DNA of 45,163 nucleotides, taken from NCBI GenBank assembly GCA_036380775.1, contig DASVED010000023.1, positions 1 to 45,163 on the forward strand, given 5' to 3'. Position numbers and translations under genes: made by a program. The stretch is from Actinomycetes bacterium (GTDB lineage: Bacteria; Actinomycetota; Actinomycetes; JACCUZ01). Below the pieces are notes generated by a model. The model had not been told where the DNA came from, ran no database searches, and saw only the letters and a list, made by a program, of their open reading frames with translations. This document shows, piece by piece, positions 18,269 to 26,567 of this stretch (positions are counted from its first letter, which is position 1; each line of letters starts with the position of its first letter).

Positions 18269-19693
18269 ATGAGCACCAGCGAGCAGCCGGTCGTCGATGC
18301 CGACGCGGTGGCGCGGGTCCGGGCAGCCGTCCAGCAGGGCGCCGACGGCTTCGTCAGCGACCTGGTGACGTGGCTGCGCATCCCGTCGATCAGCGGCGAC
18401 CCGGCGCACCACGAGGACGTGCGCCGCTCGGCCGAGCACCTCGCCCAGGCCTTGCGGGACACCGGTTTCCCGATCGCCGAGGTGTGGGAGTCTCGCGGGC
18501 TACCCGCTGTCTTCGCGCACTGGCCGAGTGAGGACCCCGACGCGCCCACCGTCGTCGTCTACGGTCACCACGACGTCCAGCCGGTCATCCCGCTCGAGCT
18601 CTGGGAGCACCCACCGTTCGAGCCGACCGTGGCCGGCGACCGGCTGCACGCCCGCGGCGCCGCCGACGACAAGGGTCAGGTCTTCTTCCACACCCTCGGC
18701 CTGCGCGCCCACCTGCAGGCCACCGGCCGCACGGCGCCCGCGGTCAACCTCAAGCTGATCGTCGAGGGCGAGGAGGAGTCCGGCTCACCGCACTTCGCCG
18801 AGCTGCTCCGGGATCACCAGGATGAGCTCGCCTGCGACGTGGTCGTCGTGTCCGACACGGGTATGTGGTCCCGCGAGACACCGACCGTCTGCACCGGCAT
18901 GCGCGGCCTGACCGACGGCCAGCTCGACCTGCGCGGGCCGTCTGGGGACGTGCACTCCGGATCCTTCGGCGGTGCGATCCGCAACCCGCTCACCGAACTG
19001 GCGAGGATCCTCGCGCGGCTGCACGACGCCGACGGGCGGATCACCGTCGACGGCTTCTACGACGGCGTCGTCGACCTCACCGACGACGAGCGGGCGCTGT
19101 TCCACAAGCTGCCCTTCGACGAGTCCGCCTGGCTGGCCAATGCCAGGAGCACGACTCCGTACGGCGAGAAGGGCTTCTCCACCCTCGAGCGGGTGTGGGC
19201 GCGACCGACGGCCGAGGTCAACGGGGTCTGGGGCGGCTACACCGGTGCGGGCCACAAGACGATCGTGCCGTCCGAGGCACACGCCAAGCTCTCGTTCCGG
19301 CTGGTGCTCGGGCAGGAGCCGCGCGACGTGCAGTCGAAGGTCGAGGCGTGGCTGGGCCGGACCGTGCCGGAGGGCGTCGAGTGGTCCATGCACTGGTACG
19401 GCCCGGGCGTACGTCCGTGCCTGACCCCGTTGGACCATCCGGCCCTGGCGTCCGTCACCAGGTCGATGGAAGCGGCCTTCGGGACCGAGGTCCGCTACAC
19501 GCGCGAGGGCGGCTCCGGGCCGGAGGCCGACCTGCAGGACGTGCTGGCCGCCCCGGTGGTGTTCCTCGGCGTCAGCCTGCCCGACGACGGCTGGCACGCG
19601 CCGAACGAGAAGGTCGAGATCCCGATGCTGCTCAAGGGCGCCGAGGCGGCTGCACACCTGTGGGACGACCTCGCCCGCACGCTGCCCCGGTGA
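18269..19693 (+). CDS. M20 family dipeptidase
   Basis: LRIPSISGDPAH, VVYGHHDVQP, ARGAADDKGQ, EGEEESGS. ATG 18269 is in frame within the 18176 ORF. Confidence 0.9.
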   Translation: MSTSEQPVVDADAVARVRAAVQQGADGFVSDLVTWLRIPSISGDPAHHEDVRRSAEHLAQALRDTGFPIAEVWESRGLPAVFAHWPSEDPDAPTVVVYGHHDVQPVIPLELWEHPPFEPTVAGDRLHARGAADDKGQVFFHTLGLRAHLQATGRTAPAVNLKLIVEGEEESGSPHFAELLRDHQDELACDVVVVSDTGMWSRETPTVCTGMRGLTDGQLDLRGPSGDVHSGSFGGAIRNPLTELARILARLHDADGRITVDGFYDGVVDLTDDERALFHKLPFDESAWLANARSTTPYGEKGFSTLERVWARPTAEVNGVWGGYTGAGHKTIVPSEAHAKLSFRLVLGQEPRDVQSKVEAWLGRTVPEGVEWSMHWYGPGVRPCLTPLDHPALASVTRSMEAAFGTEVRYTREGGSGPEADLQDVLAAPVVFLGVSLPDDGWHAPNEKVEIPMLLKGAEAAAHLWDDLARTLPR

Positions 19694-20613
19694 GCCGTCC
19701 GGCGCTGCCCGACCTCGCGCTGTCCCGCGCGGTCGTCGACCGGGCCGCGCACCACCGCAGCGACCCGGACTGGTTGGCCGCCGCCTGGGCGGACCCCGCG
19801 ACGCAGGTCGTCCTGCTGCGCGACGGGGAGGCTGCCGTCACCGGTGACCCGCCGCGGCTCGACCTCGACGGGCGCCCGAGCGGACCGGAGGACGGCCGGT
19901 TCCTGCTCGGGGTCGACGACGAGGGCGTTGCCTACTTCGCGGTCGACGGCGGGGACGAGGAAGCCGGGCGCATGTCGGGCCGGACGTACGCCGGGCTGCG
20001 CGAGGTGGGCGCGCTCCTCGACGACCGGGACGCGGGGCTGCTGGTGCACGCGGTCTCCCTGGCGAACTGGCACGCGACCCACACGCACTGCCCGCGCTGC
20101 GGCCGGCCGACCCGTCCGGAGAACGCCGGGCACACGCGGCGCTGCGACGCGGACGGCAGCGAGCACTACCCGCGCACCGACCCGGCCGTGATCATGCTCG
20201 TGGTCGACGGCGACGACCGTCTGCTGCTCGGCCGCCAGGCGACCTGGCCGGCGAGGCGCTTCTCGACGCTGGCCGGTTTCGTGGAGCCCGGGGAGTCGTT
20301 GGAGGCTGCGGTCCGCCGCGAGGTGGCCGAGGAGGTCGGCGTCCGGATCGGCGAGGTGACCTATCTGGGCAGCCAGCCCTGGCCGTTCCCGTCCAGCCTG
20401 ATGCTCGGCTTCGCCGCGCATGCCGAGACCGTCGACATCGTCCGCCACGACGGAGAGATCGCGGAAGCTCGCTGGTTCACGCGTGAGTCGATGCGCGCCG
20501 ACATCGAGTCGGGCGAGCTGCTCACGTCGCCGTCCATCTCGATCTCCCGCCGGCTCATCGAGCACTGGTACGGCGCGCCGCTGCCGCACAACGCGCGGCT
20601 CGACCGCTCCTGA
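19690..20613 (+). CDS. nudC: NAD(+) diphosphatase NudC
   Basis: Zinc ribbon CPRCGRPT...RRC and Nudix box GFVEPGESLEAAVRREVAEEVGV. GTG 19690 overlaps the upstream stop. Confidence 0.9.
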   Translation: MSRPALPDLALSRAVVDRAAHHRSDPDWLAAAWADPATQVVLLRDGEAAVTGDPPRLDLDGRPSGPEDGRFLLGVDDEGVAYFAVDGGDEEAGRMSGRTYAGLREVGALLDDRDAGLLVHAVSLANWHATHTHCPRCGRPTRPENAGHTRRCDADGSEHYPRTDPAVIMLVVDGDDRLLLGRQATWPARRFSTLAGFVEPGESLEAAVRREVAEEVGVRIGEVTYLGSQPWPFPSSLMLGFAAHAETVDIVRHDGEIAEARWFTRESMRADIESGELLTSPSISISRRLIEHWYGAPLPHNARLDRS

Positions 20614-20641
20614 GCCGCCGCGGGAGGGATATCTTCGCCCG

Positions 20642-21400
20642 GTGACCTTCGATGTCACCGCGACCGCGTACGCGGACTTCATGGGCAGGTACTCCGAGCC
20701 GTTGGCGGTTCAGTTCGCCGACTGGGTCGGCGTCCGCGCCGGCCACGACGCTCTGGACGTGGGCTGCGGACCCGGGGCCCTCACGGCGCAGCTGGTGGAC
20801 CGCCTGGGTCCTGCTGCGGTCACAGCCGTCGACCCGAGCGAGTCCTTCGTCGCCGCGACGCGTGCGCGGTTCCCCGAGGTCGACGTGCGGTCCGGCGCCG
20901 CTGAGAACCTGCCGTTCCCCGACGACGGCTTCGACCTCGCGCTGGCGCAGCTGGTCGTGCATTTCATGTCGGATCCGGTGGCGGGGCTGGCCGAGATGGG
21001 TCGGGTCACCCGCCCGGGGGGTCTCGTCGCCGCGTGCGTCTGGGACCACGCCGGCGAGGGCGGCCCGCTGGCCACGTTCTGGCGGGCGGTGCGAGACCTC
21101 GACCCGGGTGCGCACGACGAGTCGGGCCTCGCGGGGGCGCGCGAGGGTCACCTCGGTGAGCTGTGCCTGCGGGCCGGCCTGACAGACGTCGAGTCCTCGA
21201 CGCTGACCGTCCGGGTGAGGTTCGAGTCCTTCGACGCCTGGTGGGAGCCCTTCACGCTGGGCGTCGGCCCAGCAGGTTCCTACGTCGGGGCGCTCGACGA
21301 GGGGCGGCGCGACGCGCTGCGGTCCCGATGCGCCCAGCTGCAGCCGCGGGCACCCTTCGAGGTCGGCGCCACGGCGTGGTGCGTGCAGGCTCGCCCCTGA
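20642..21400 (+). CDS. class I SAM-dependent methyltransferase
   Basis: Motif I LDVGCGPGAL, FDLALAQLVVHF and GGLVAACVWD. GTG 20642 lies within the 20420 ORF. Confidence 0.85.
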   Translation: MTFDVTATAYADFMGRYSEPLAVQFADWVGVRAGHDALDVGCGPGALTAQLVDRLGPAAVTAVDPSESFVAATRARFPEVDVRSGAAENLPFPDDGFDLALAQLVVHFMSDPVAGLAEMGRVTRPGGLVAACVWDHAGEGGPLATFWRAVRDLDPGAHDESGLAGAREGHLGELCLRAGLTDVESSTLTVRVRFESFDAWWEPFTLGVGPAGSYVGALDEGRRDALRSRCAQLQPRAPFEVGATAWCVQARP

Positions 21401-21410
21401 GCGGCGCGCC

Positions 21411-21653
21411 TCAGGCGGCGAGCTTCTCGATGACCTGGGCGAGACTCGGGTTGGTCAGGGCCGAGCCGTCCGGGAAGACCAGGGTCGGGACGGTCCGGGA
21501 ACCTCCGTTGACCGACATCACCAGGTCGGCGGCGTCGGGGTGATCCTCGATGTCGACCACGCAGTACTCGATGCCTTCACGGTCCATCTGGGCCTTCAGC
21601 CGATGGCAGTAGCCGCACCACGGAGTGCTGTACATCGTGACCGTCGTCGACAC
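21411..21653 (-). CDS. mycoredoxin / glutaredoxin-like protein
   Basis: VTMYSTPWCGYCHRLK (CxxC) and TVPTLVFPDGS (cis-Pro loop). About 80 aa when started from GTG 21653. Confidence 0.85.
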   Translation of the reverse strand: MSTTVTMYSTPWCGYCHRLKAQMDREGIEYCVVDIEDHPDAADLVMSVNGGSRTVPTLVFPDGSALTNPSLAQVIEKLAA

Positions 21654-21816
21654 CGGCGTGCGGACCTCTCTCCTGGACCTGATGAGCGGGATCGTTCCCG
21701 CTCCGCACCTGGTCAACTCCTTTCCCGGGCCTCATCCTTCCACGCTCAACTATGTCGTGGGTCACCTCGTCACCTCACTGGCTGCTCGTGTCCACCGGCG
21801 CTGCGAGGATGGCCGC

Positions 21817-23976
21817 GTGCCGGACGCCGATTCCTTGCTCGAGATGCTCGATCCCGAGCAGCGGGAGGTCGCGACCGCGCTGACCGGGCCGGTGTGCGTG
21901 CTCGCGGGAGCTGGCACCGGCAAGACCCGGGCGATCACGGCGCGGATCGCCTACGGCGTCCACAGCGGCGTCTTCGTGCCCCAGCGGGTGCTTGCGGTCA
22001 CGTTCACGGCCCGCGCGGCCGGCGAGATGCGGACCAGGTTGCGCGCCCTGGATGCCGTCGGGGTGCAGGCTCGCACGTTCCACGCCGCCGCCTTGCGCCA
22101 GCTGCGCTACTTCTGGCCGCGGCACGTCGGCGGCGAGCTGCCGCCGCTGGTGGAGCACAAGGCGGCGCTGGTCGCCGAGGCCGCCGGCCGGCTCCGGCTG
22201 CCCACCGACCGGGCGACCGTCCGGGACCTGGCCGGTGAGGTCGAGTGGGTCAAGGTCACGATGACCGACCGCGACGACTACGCCGCGGCGGCGGCCAAGA
22301 CGGGGCGTACGCCGCCGGCCGGGCTCGACGCGGCCACCGTGGTGCGGCTCCTGGCGACGTACGACCAGGTCAAGCGCGACCGCCACGTCATCGACTTCGA
22401 AGACGTCCTGCTCTACACCGTCGGCCTGATCGCCGAGCACCGACAGGTCGCCGACGCGGTGCGCGGCCAGTACCACCATCTGGTCGTCGACGAGTACCAG
22501 GACGTCAGCCCCCTGCAGCAGGCGCTGCTGGACCAGTGGCTCGGGGGTCGCGACGAGGTGTGCGTCGTCGGCGACCCGCACCAGACGATCTACACCTTCG
22601 CCGGGGCGTCGCCGGACTTCTTGCTCGGGTTCCGGGGGCGCTACGAGGGCGCCCGCGAGGTCCGGCTGGTCCGCGACTACCGCTCCACGCCGCAGGTGGT
22701 CGACCTGGCCAACAAGCTGGTGGCCAAGGCGCCGGCCAGCCTCCGGGGCCGGCTCGAGCTGGTCGCGCAGCGCCCGGCCGGCCCCCCACCCGATCTCCGC
22801 GAGCACCCGGACGAGCCGGCCGAGGCCCGGTGGGTCGCCGGCCGCATCCAGGCTCTGGTCGCCGCCGGGACGCCGGCCGGCGAGATCGCGGTGCTCTTCC
22901 GGACCAACGGCCAGAGCGAAACCTACGAGCAGTCGCTCGCCGACGCCGCCATCCCCTATCTGCTGCGCGGCGGGGAGCGCTTCTTCGAGCGGCCGGAGGT
23001 CCGTGAGGCGCGGCTGCTCCTGCGCGGCGCGGCGCGCTCGGCGGACGACGATGGCGAGGGCGACGATGGCGGCGAAAGTGGCGACTCCGGCCGCCTGCCG
23101 TCGACGGTGCGAGCGGTCTTGTCCGGCGGCGGCTGGTCCACCGAGCCGCCGGGCAGCGGGGGCGCCGTGCGCGACCGATGGGAGTCGCTGGCGGCGCTCG
23201 CCCGCCTCGCCGACGACCTGGCGGCGAGCCGTCCCGACGCGACCCTGCGCGACTTCGTCGCCGAGCTGGACGAGCGCGCCGACGCCCAGCACGCGCCGAC
23301 GGTGGACGGGGTCACGCTCGCGTCGCTGCACGCCGCCAAGGGTCTGGAGTGGGACGCGGTGTTCGTGGTCGGAGCGACGGACGGGATGCTGCCCATCACC
23401 TTCGCCGTGACGCCGGAGCAGGTCGAGGAGGAGCGTCGGCTGCTCTACGTCGGAGTCACCCGTGCCCGCGAGCACATTGCGATCAGCTGGTCGCTCTCGC
23501 GCTCGCCGGGCGGGCGGGCCGGGCGACGGCCGTCCCGGTTCCTCGACGGCCTGCACAGCGGCCGCAGCCGGCCGGCCGCGGCCGCCGGTGCGTCCTCCCG
23601 GCGGCGGGCACCAGCGACCTGCCGCGTCTGCGGGAAGCCGCTGACCGCTCCGGTGGCGCGCAAGCTCGGGCGCTGCGAGGACTGCCCGTCCGCCTACGAC
23701 GAGCAGCTCTTCGAGCGGCTGCGCGAGTGGCGCGCCGAGCAGGCCCGGTCGCAGTCCGTCCCCGCCTACGTCGTCTTCACCGACGCGACGCTCACGGCGC
23801 TCGCCGAGCTCCGGCCGACGACCGAGGCCCAGCTGCTCGCCGTGTCCGGGATCGGGCGCGCCAAGCTCGAGCGGTACGGCTCCGACGTCCTCGGGCTGTG
23901 CGCCGGAGCGACGCCGGCGGCGACTCCGCCGACAGGAGTCAAAAAATCGATTGCACCTGACGGCGAGCCCCTCTAG
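21817..23976 (+). CDS. uvrD2: ATP-dependent DNA helicase UvrD2 (UvrD core, Cys4 module, HRDC domain)
   Basis: GAGTGKT, DEYQDV, LHAAKGLEWD, CRVCGKPL...RCEDC, and a C-terminal HRDC-like LREWRAEQARSQSVPAYVVFTDATLTALAE. GTG 21817 is preceded by GAGGA. Confidence 0.9.
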   Translation: MPDADSLLEMLDPEQREVATALTGPVCVLAGAGTGKTRAITARIAYGVHSGVFVPQRVLAVTFTARAAGEMRTRLRALDAVGVQARTFHAAALRQLRYFWPRHVGGELPPLVEHKAALVAEAAGRLRLPTDRATVRDLAGEVEWVKVTMTDRDDYAAAAAKTGRTPPAGLDAATVVRLLATYDQVKRDRHVIDFEDVLLYTVGLIAEHRQVADAVRGQYHHLVVDEYQDVSPLQQALLDQWLGGRDEVCVVGDPHQTIYTFAGASPDFLLGFRGRYEGAREVRLVRDYRSTPQVVDLANKLVAKAPASLRGRLELVAQRPAGPPPDLREHPDEPAEARWVAGRIQALVAAGTPAGEIAVLFRTNGQSETYEQSLADAAIPYLLRGGERFFERPEVREARLLLRGAARSADDDGEGDDGGESGDSGRLPSTVRAVLSGGGWSTEPPGSGGAVRDRWESLAALARLADDLAASRPDATLRDFVAELDERADAQHAPTVDGVTLASLHAAKGLEWDAVFVVGATDGMLPITFAVTPEQVEEERRLLYVGVTRAREHIAISWSLSRSPGGRAGRRPSRFLDGLHSGRSRPAAAAGASSRRRAPATCRVCGKPLTAPVARKLGRCEDCPSAYDEQLFERLREWRAEQARSQSVPAYVVFTDATLTALAELRPTTEAQLLAVSGIGRAKLERYGSDVLGLCAGATPAATPPTGVKKSIAPDGEPL

Positions 23977-23979
23977 TCT
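23941..23979 (+). promoter_or_regulatory. candidate whiB7 promoter with an upstream A-tract (AT-hook site)
   Basis: AAAAAATCGA (23941-23950) lies directly 5' of TTGCAC (23951-23956), followed by a 17-nt spacer and TAGTCT (23974-23979). It sits inside the last codons of uvrD2. Confidence 0.6.
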
Positions 23980-24043
23980 TCCTGTCACCGGCCAGCAGGC
24001 ATCAGCGTCTGCCCGCACGAGCACAGAGCAGGAGGTGACCACG

Positions 24044-24331
24044 ATGGAGATCACCAAGACGTCGATGACGTCCCCGATCGCCCTGTCCGTGGTGCACCTC
24101 GGCGTGGCTCCGGCGGGGACGTCCGGCCTCGGTTACGAGGCGGTGCGTGTTCTCGCGCCGCGTCCGGCCGCGACCCAGGGGACAACTGTGTCCATCGCCA
24201 TGCGCGAGCGCAGTGTCGCACCCGTCCAGGTCGCCGCCAGCCCGAAGGCCACTGCTCTGCTCCCGATCAGCGATGTCGTCGTGTTCAACGGCCTCGCAGG
24301 GATCCGCTCCACCTGGAGTCCACCGGTGTAG
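24044..24331 (+). CDS. whiB7 leader uORF (95 codons)
   Basis: GGAGG at 24031-24035, 8 nt before ATG 24044. High GC3 in the first half and an Ala/Val/Thr/Ser/Pro-rich product. The TAG at 24329-24331 lies 22 nt before the terminator stem. Confidence 0.5.
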   Translation: MEITKTSMTSPIALSVVHLGVAPAGTSGLGYEAVRVLAPRPAATQGTTVSIAMRERSVAPVQVAASPKATALLPISDVVVFNGLAGIRSTWSPPV

Positions 24332-24352
24332 ATCCACCTCACCGGCACCTCC

Positions 24353-24393
24353 AAGGCCGCGGAACCCGACACCCGGGATCCGCGGCCTTTTTC
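24353..24393 (+). terminator. intrinsic terminator / attenuator in the whiB7 leader
   Basis: Perfect 11-bp stem AAGGCCGCGGA (24353-24363) / TCCGCGGCCTT (24379-24389), an inner CCCG/CGGG extension, and a run of five T (24388-24392). It lies about 105 nt upstream of the whiB7 ATG. Confidence 0.7.
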
Positions 24394-24497
24394 GTCGTCC
24401 GCCAGCGCCGAGTCCTCACCAGGGCCAGCGCCCGACAACTGCCCACCAGCCGGCTCACCAGCCGACTGACACACAGGAAGACATGGAGGTGACTCCC

Positions 24498-24851
24498 ATG
24501 CAGCTCGCATCGTTCGATCGTGAGACCGCCGACCACAACGGCCGCTCCGTCAACCCGCTCGCGGACCTGACGGCGCTGACCGGGCTGTCGGTCCTCACCG
24601 AGCGAGTCATCGACGAACAGCTGCCCTGCCGGGTCAACGACGCGGAGCTGTTCTTCGCCGACTCGCCCGCCGACGTCGAGTTCGCCAAGACGCTCTGCGC
24701 GACGTGTCCCGCCCGCCTCGACTGTCTCAACGGCGCCCTCGAGCGCCGCGAGCCATGGGGCGTCTGGGGCGGCGAGTGGTTCGTCGCAGGCGTCGTGGTC
24801 CCGCGGAAGCGTCCGCGTGGCCGTCCCCGCAAGTCCGAGGTGGCCGCATGA
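24498..24851 (+). CDS. whiB7: WhiB-family transcription factor WhiB7
   Basis: Four Cys (C...CATCPARLDC), the EPWGVWGGE turn, and the C-terminal AT-hook RKRPRGRPRK that is diagnostic of WhiB7. GGAGG lies 8 nt before ATG 24498; an alternative ATG is at 24483. Confidence 0.9.
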   Translation: MQLASFDRETADHNGRSVNPLADLTALTGLSVLTERVIDEQLPCRVNDAELFFADSPADVEFAKTLCATCPARLDCLNGALERREPWGVWGGEWFVAGVVVPRKRPRGRPRKSEVAA

Positions 24852-24904
24852 TCGCGCCGACCGCACCAGACCACACGACACACATCAAGAACAGGAGCAT
24901 CGAG

Positions 24905-25075
24905 ATGCAACTCATGCATGAGGAACTGGCGCGTGCCCATGCGGCACTGCGTCTCGAGGAGGCCGTCCGCTCGCAGCGGGCCCGCCGGCTGGTCGCCGCC
25001 CACCGGGCGTCGCGCAAGGCCGAGCAGGCCGCAGTGCGGGCCCACCGCCTCCTCTCCCTCGCCGCCGTCTGGTGA
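24905..25075 (+). CDS. small Arg/Ala-rich helical protein (56 aa), co-transcribed with whiB7
   Basis: AGGAG at 24893-24897, 7 nt before the ATG. Product MQLMHEELARAHAALRLEEAVRSQRARRLVAAHRASRKAEQAAVRAHRLLSLAAVW, with high GC3. The frame is also open from ATG 24848, which overlaps the whiB7 stop (ATGA). Confidence 0.45.
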   Translation: MQLMHEELARAHAALRLEEAVRSQRARRLVAAHRASRKAEQAAVRAHRLLSLAAVW

Positions 25076-25111
25076 CCGTCAAGGAGGTCACCGAGCACGA
25101 CCCGAGGGGAC

Positions 25112-25147
25112 CAGGGCCCCGACCGCTGCACCGCGGTCGGGGCCCTG
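25112..25147 (+). terminator. GC-rich hairpin, probable terminator of the whiB7 transcription unit
   Basis: Perfect 15-bp stem CAGGGCCCCGACCGC / GCGGTCGGGGCCCTG with a 6-nt loop, 37 nt after the small ORF stop. There is no U-tract. Confidence 0.55.
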
Positions 25148-25227
25148 TCATGTCCTGCGGCTCCTGACGACTTGCCAGACTGTCCTCGGGAGGCTGGCGT
25201 CCGGAGAACCGGCGAGGGGAGCACGAG

Positions 25228-26169
25228 GTGGCCACGTCCAAGGCATCCACGTCCAAGGCATCGTCGGAACGGTCCACCGTCGAGGTGGACGGCCGGCGGC
25301 TGTCCCTCTCCAACCTCGACAAGGTCCTCTATCCCGAGACGGGCTTCACCAAGGGCGAGGTCGTCGACTACTACGTCCGGGTCGCTCCTGTTCTGCTGCC
25401 GCACATCGCCGACCGCCCGATGTCCTTCCAGCGGTTCCCGGACGGTGTGGCCACCAAGGGGTTCTTCGCCAAGAACGCCCCGCCCGGCACGCCGGACTGG
25501 GTGCGCACCGTTCGTCTCCCCGCACCCGGGAGCACGATGGACAGGGAGACCCTCGACTACGTGGTCGTCGCGGACCTGCCCACCCTGGTCTGGGCGGCCA
25601 ACCTCGCGGCGCTCGAGCTGCACGTCCCGCAGTGGTCGGTGGGACCCCGCGGCGGCGTCCGCGACCCGGACCGCCTGGTGCTCGACCTGGACCCGGGGGC
25701 GCCGGCGTCCGTGGTGGAGTGCGCGGAGGTGGCCCTGCTGCTCAAGGATCTGGTCGAGGCCGACGGGCTGGTACCGCTGGCCAAGACGAGCGGGTCGAAG
25801 GGGATGCAGGTCAGCGCCGCGATCGTTCCCGCGTCCGACGACCGCACCTCGGCGTACGCACGGGACCTGGCCCGCCGCCTCGAGCGGGAGCGACCGGACC
25901 TGGTCGTCTCCCGGATGGCCAAGAACCTGCGCGGCGGCAAGGTCTTCGTCGACTGGAGCCAGAACAACGCCGCGAAGACCACCGTCGCCCCGTACGCCCT
26001 TCGCGCCCGGCCACGGCCCTGGGTCTCGACGCCGGTGACGTGGGACGAGGTGGCCGCCGCTCGCCGCCCGCAGGACCTCCAGTTCACGGCGCCGCAGACC
26101 CTCGAGCGGGTGTCCGAGTCGGGCGACCTGTGGGAGCCGCTGCTGGGCAAGGGCGCCCGGCTGCCCTGA
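25228..26169 (+). CDS. stand-alone LigD-type primase-polymerase (NHEJ PolDom)
   Basis: LSNLDKVLYPETGFTKGEVVDYY, FQRFPDGV, LVLDLDPG, KTSGSKGMQV, FVDWSQN. Confidence 0.9.
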   Translation: MATSKASTSKASSERSTVEVDGRRLSLSNLDKVLYPETGFTKGEVVDYYVRVAPVLLPHIADRPMSFQRFPDGVATKGFFAKNAPPGTPDWVRTVRLPAPGSTMDRETLDYVVVADLPTLVWAANLAALELHVPQWSVGPRGGVRDPDRLVLDLDPGAPASVVECAEVALLLKDLVEADGLVPLAKTSGSKGMQVSAAIVPASDDRTSAYARDLARRLERERPDLVVSRMAKNLRGGKVFVDWSQNNAAKTTVAPYALRARPRPWVSTPVTWDEVAAARRPQDLQFTAPQTLERVSESGDLWEPLLGKGARLP

Positions 26170-26261
26170 CCGCGGGGCCGGTGGGCGGCCTGTGGACGAA
26201 GGCCCCGGCACCGGGTCGGATCTCCCTACGCTGACCGGCACGGCACGCAGGTGCTCGTGCG

Positions 26262-26567
26262 GTGGTCGGGAGGTGCGCCGTACACATCCGGTTCGACGGT
26301 CCCGGGGTGCTCGAGGTCGCCACCCGGCTGAACGACGAGGCCGCCCATGCCGACGACCTGGGCCGTCGGGCGGCCGCTCTCCGCGACGGCCTGACCGACC
26401 CGGCGCTCACGGCCGCACTCGAGCTGCTGGGCGACGTCTGCGCCGACGTCCTCGAGGTCAGCGCGCTGGATCTCGAGCTCCTCTCGTCGCTCGTCCGGTC
26501 CGGCCTCACGGTCTACCGGCGGGTGGAGGACGCGGCGATGCAGGGGAGCGGGCAGGTGAGCGCGTGA
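26262..26567 (+). CDS. hypothetical helical protein (101 aa), partner of the downstream hydrolase
   Basis: Its stop overlaps the next GTG (GTGA). The sequence is acidic and helical (LEVATRLNDEAAHADDLGRRAAALRDGL...). The start codon is uncertain. Confidence 0.55.
   Translation: MVGRCAVHIRFDGPGVLEVATRLNDEAAHADDLGRRAAALRDGLTDPALTAALELLGDVCADVLEVSALDLELLSSLVRSGLTVYRRVEDAAMQGSGQVSA

Noticed and set aside
21775-24057. Very long antisense or off-frame ORFs. This one is an example. Others are 5921..7177 (-), 10255..12162 (-), 13203..14465 (-), 29282..31675 (+), 31733..33199 (+) and 40778..43042 (-).
   Set aside because: They are typical high-GC shadow ORFs. The products are low-complexity and rich in R, P, G and A, with no motifs. 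Each one is fully covered by a motif-bearing gene on the other strand or in another frame.
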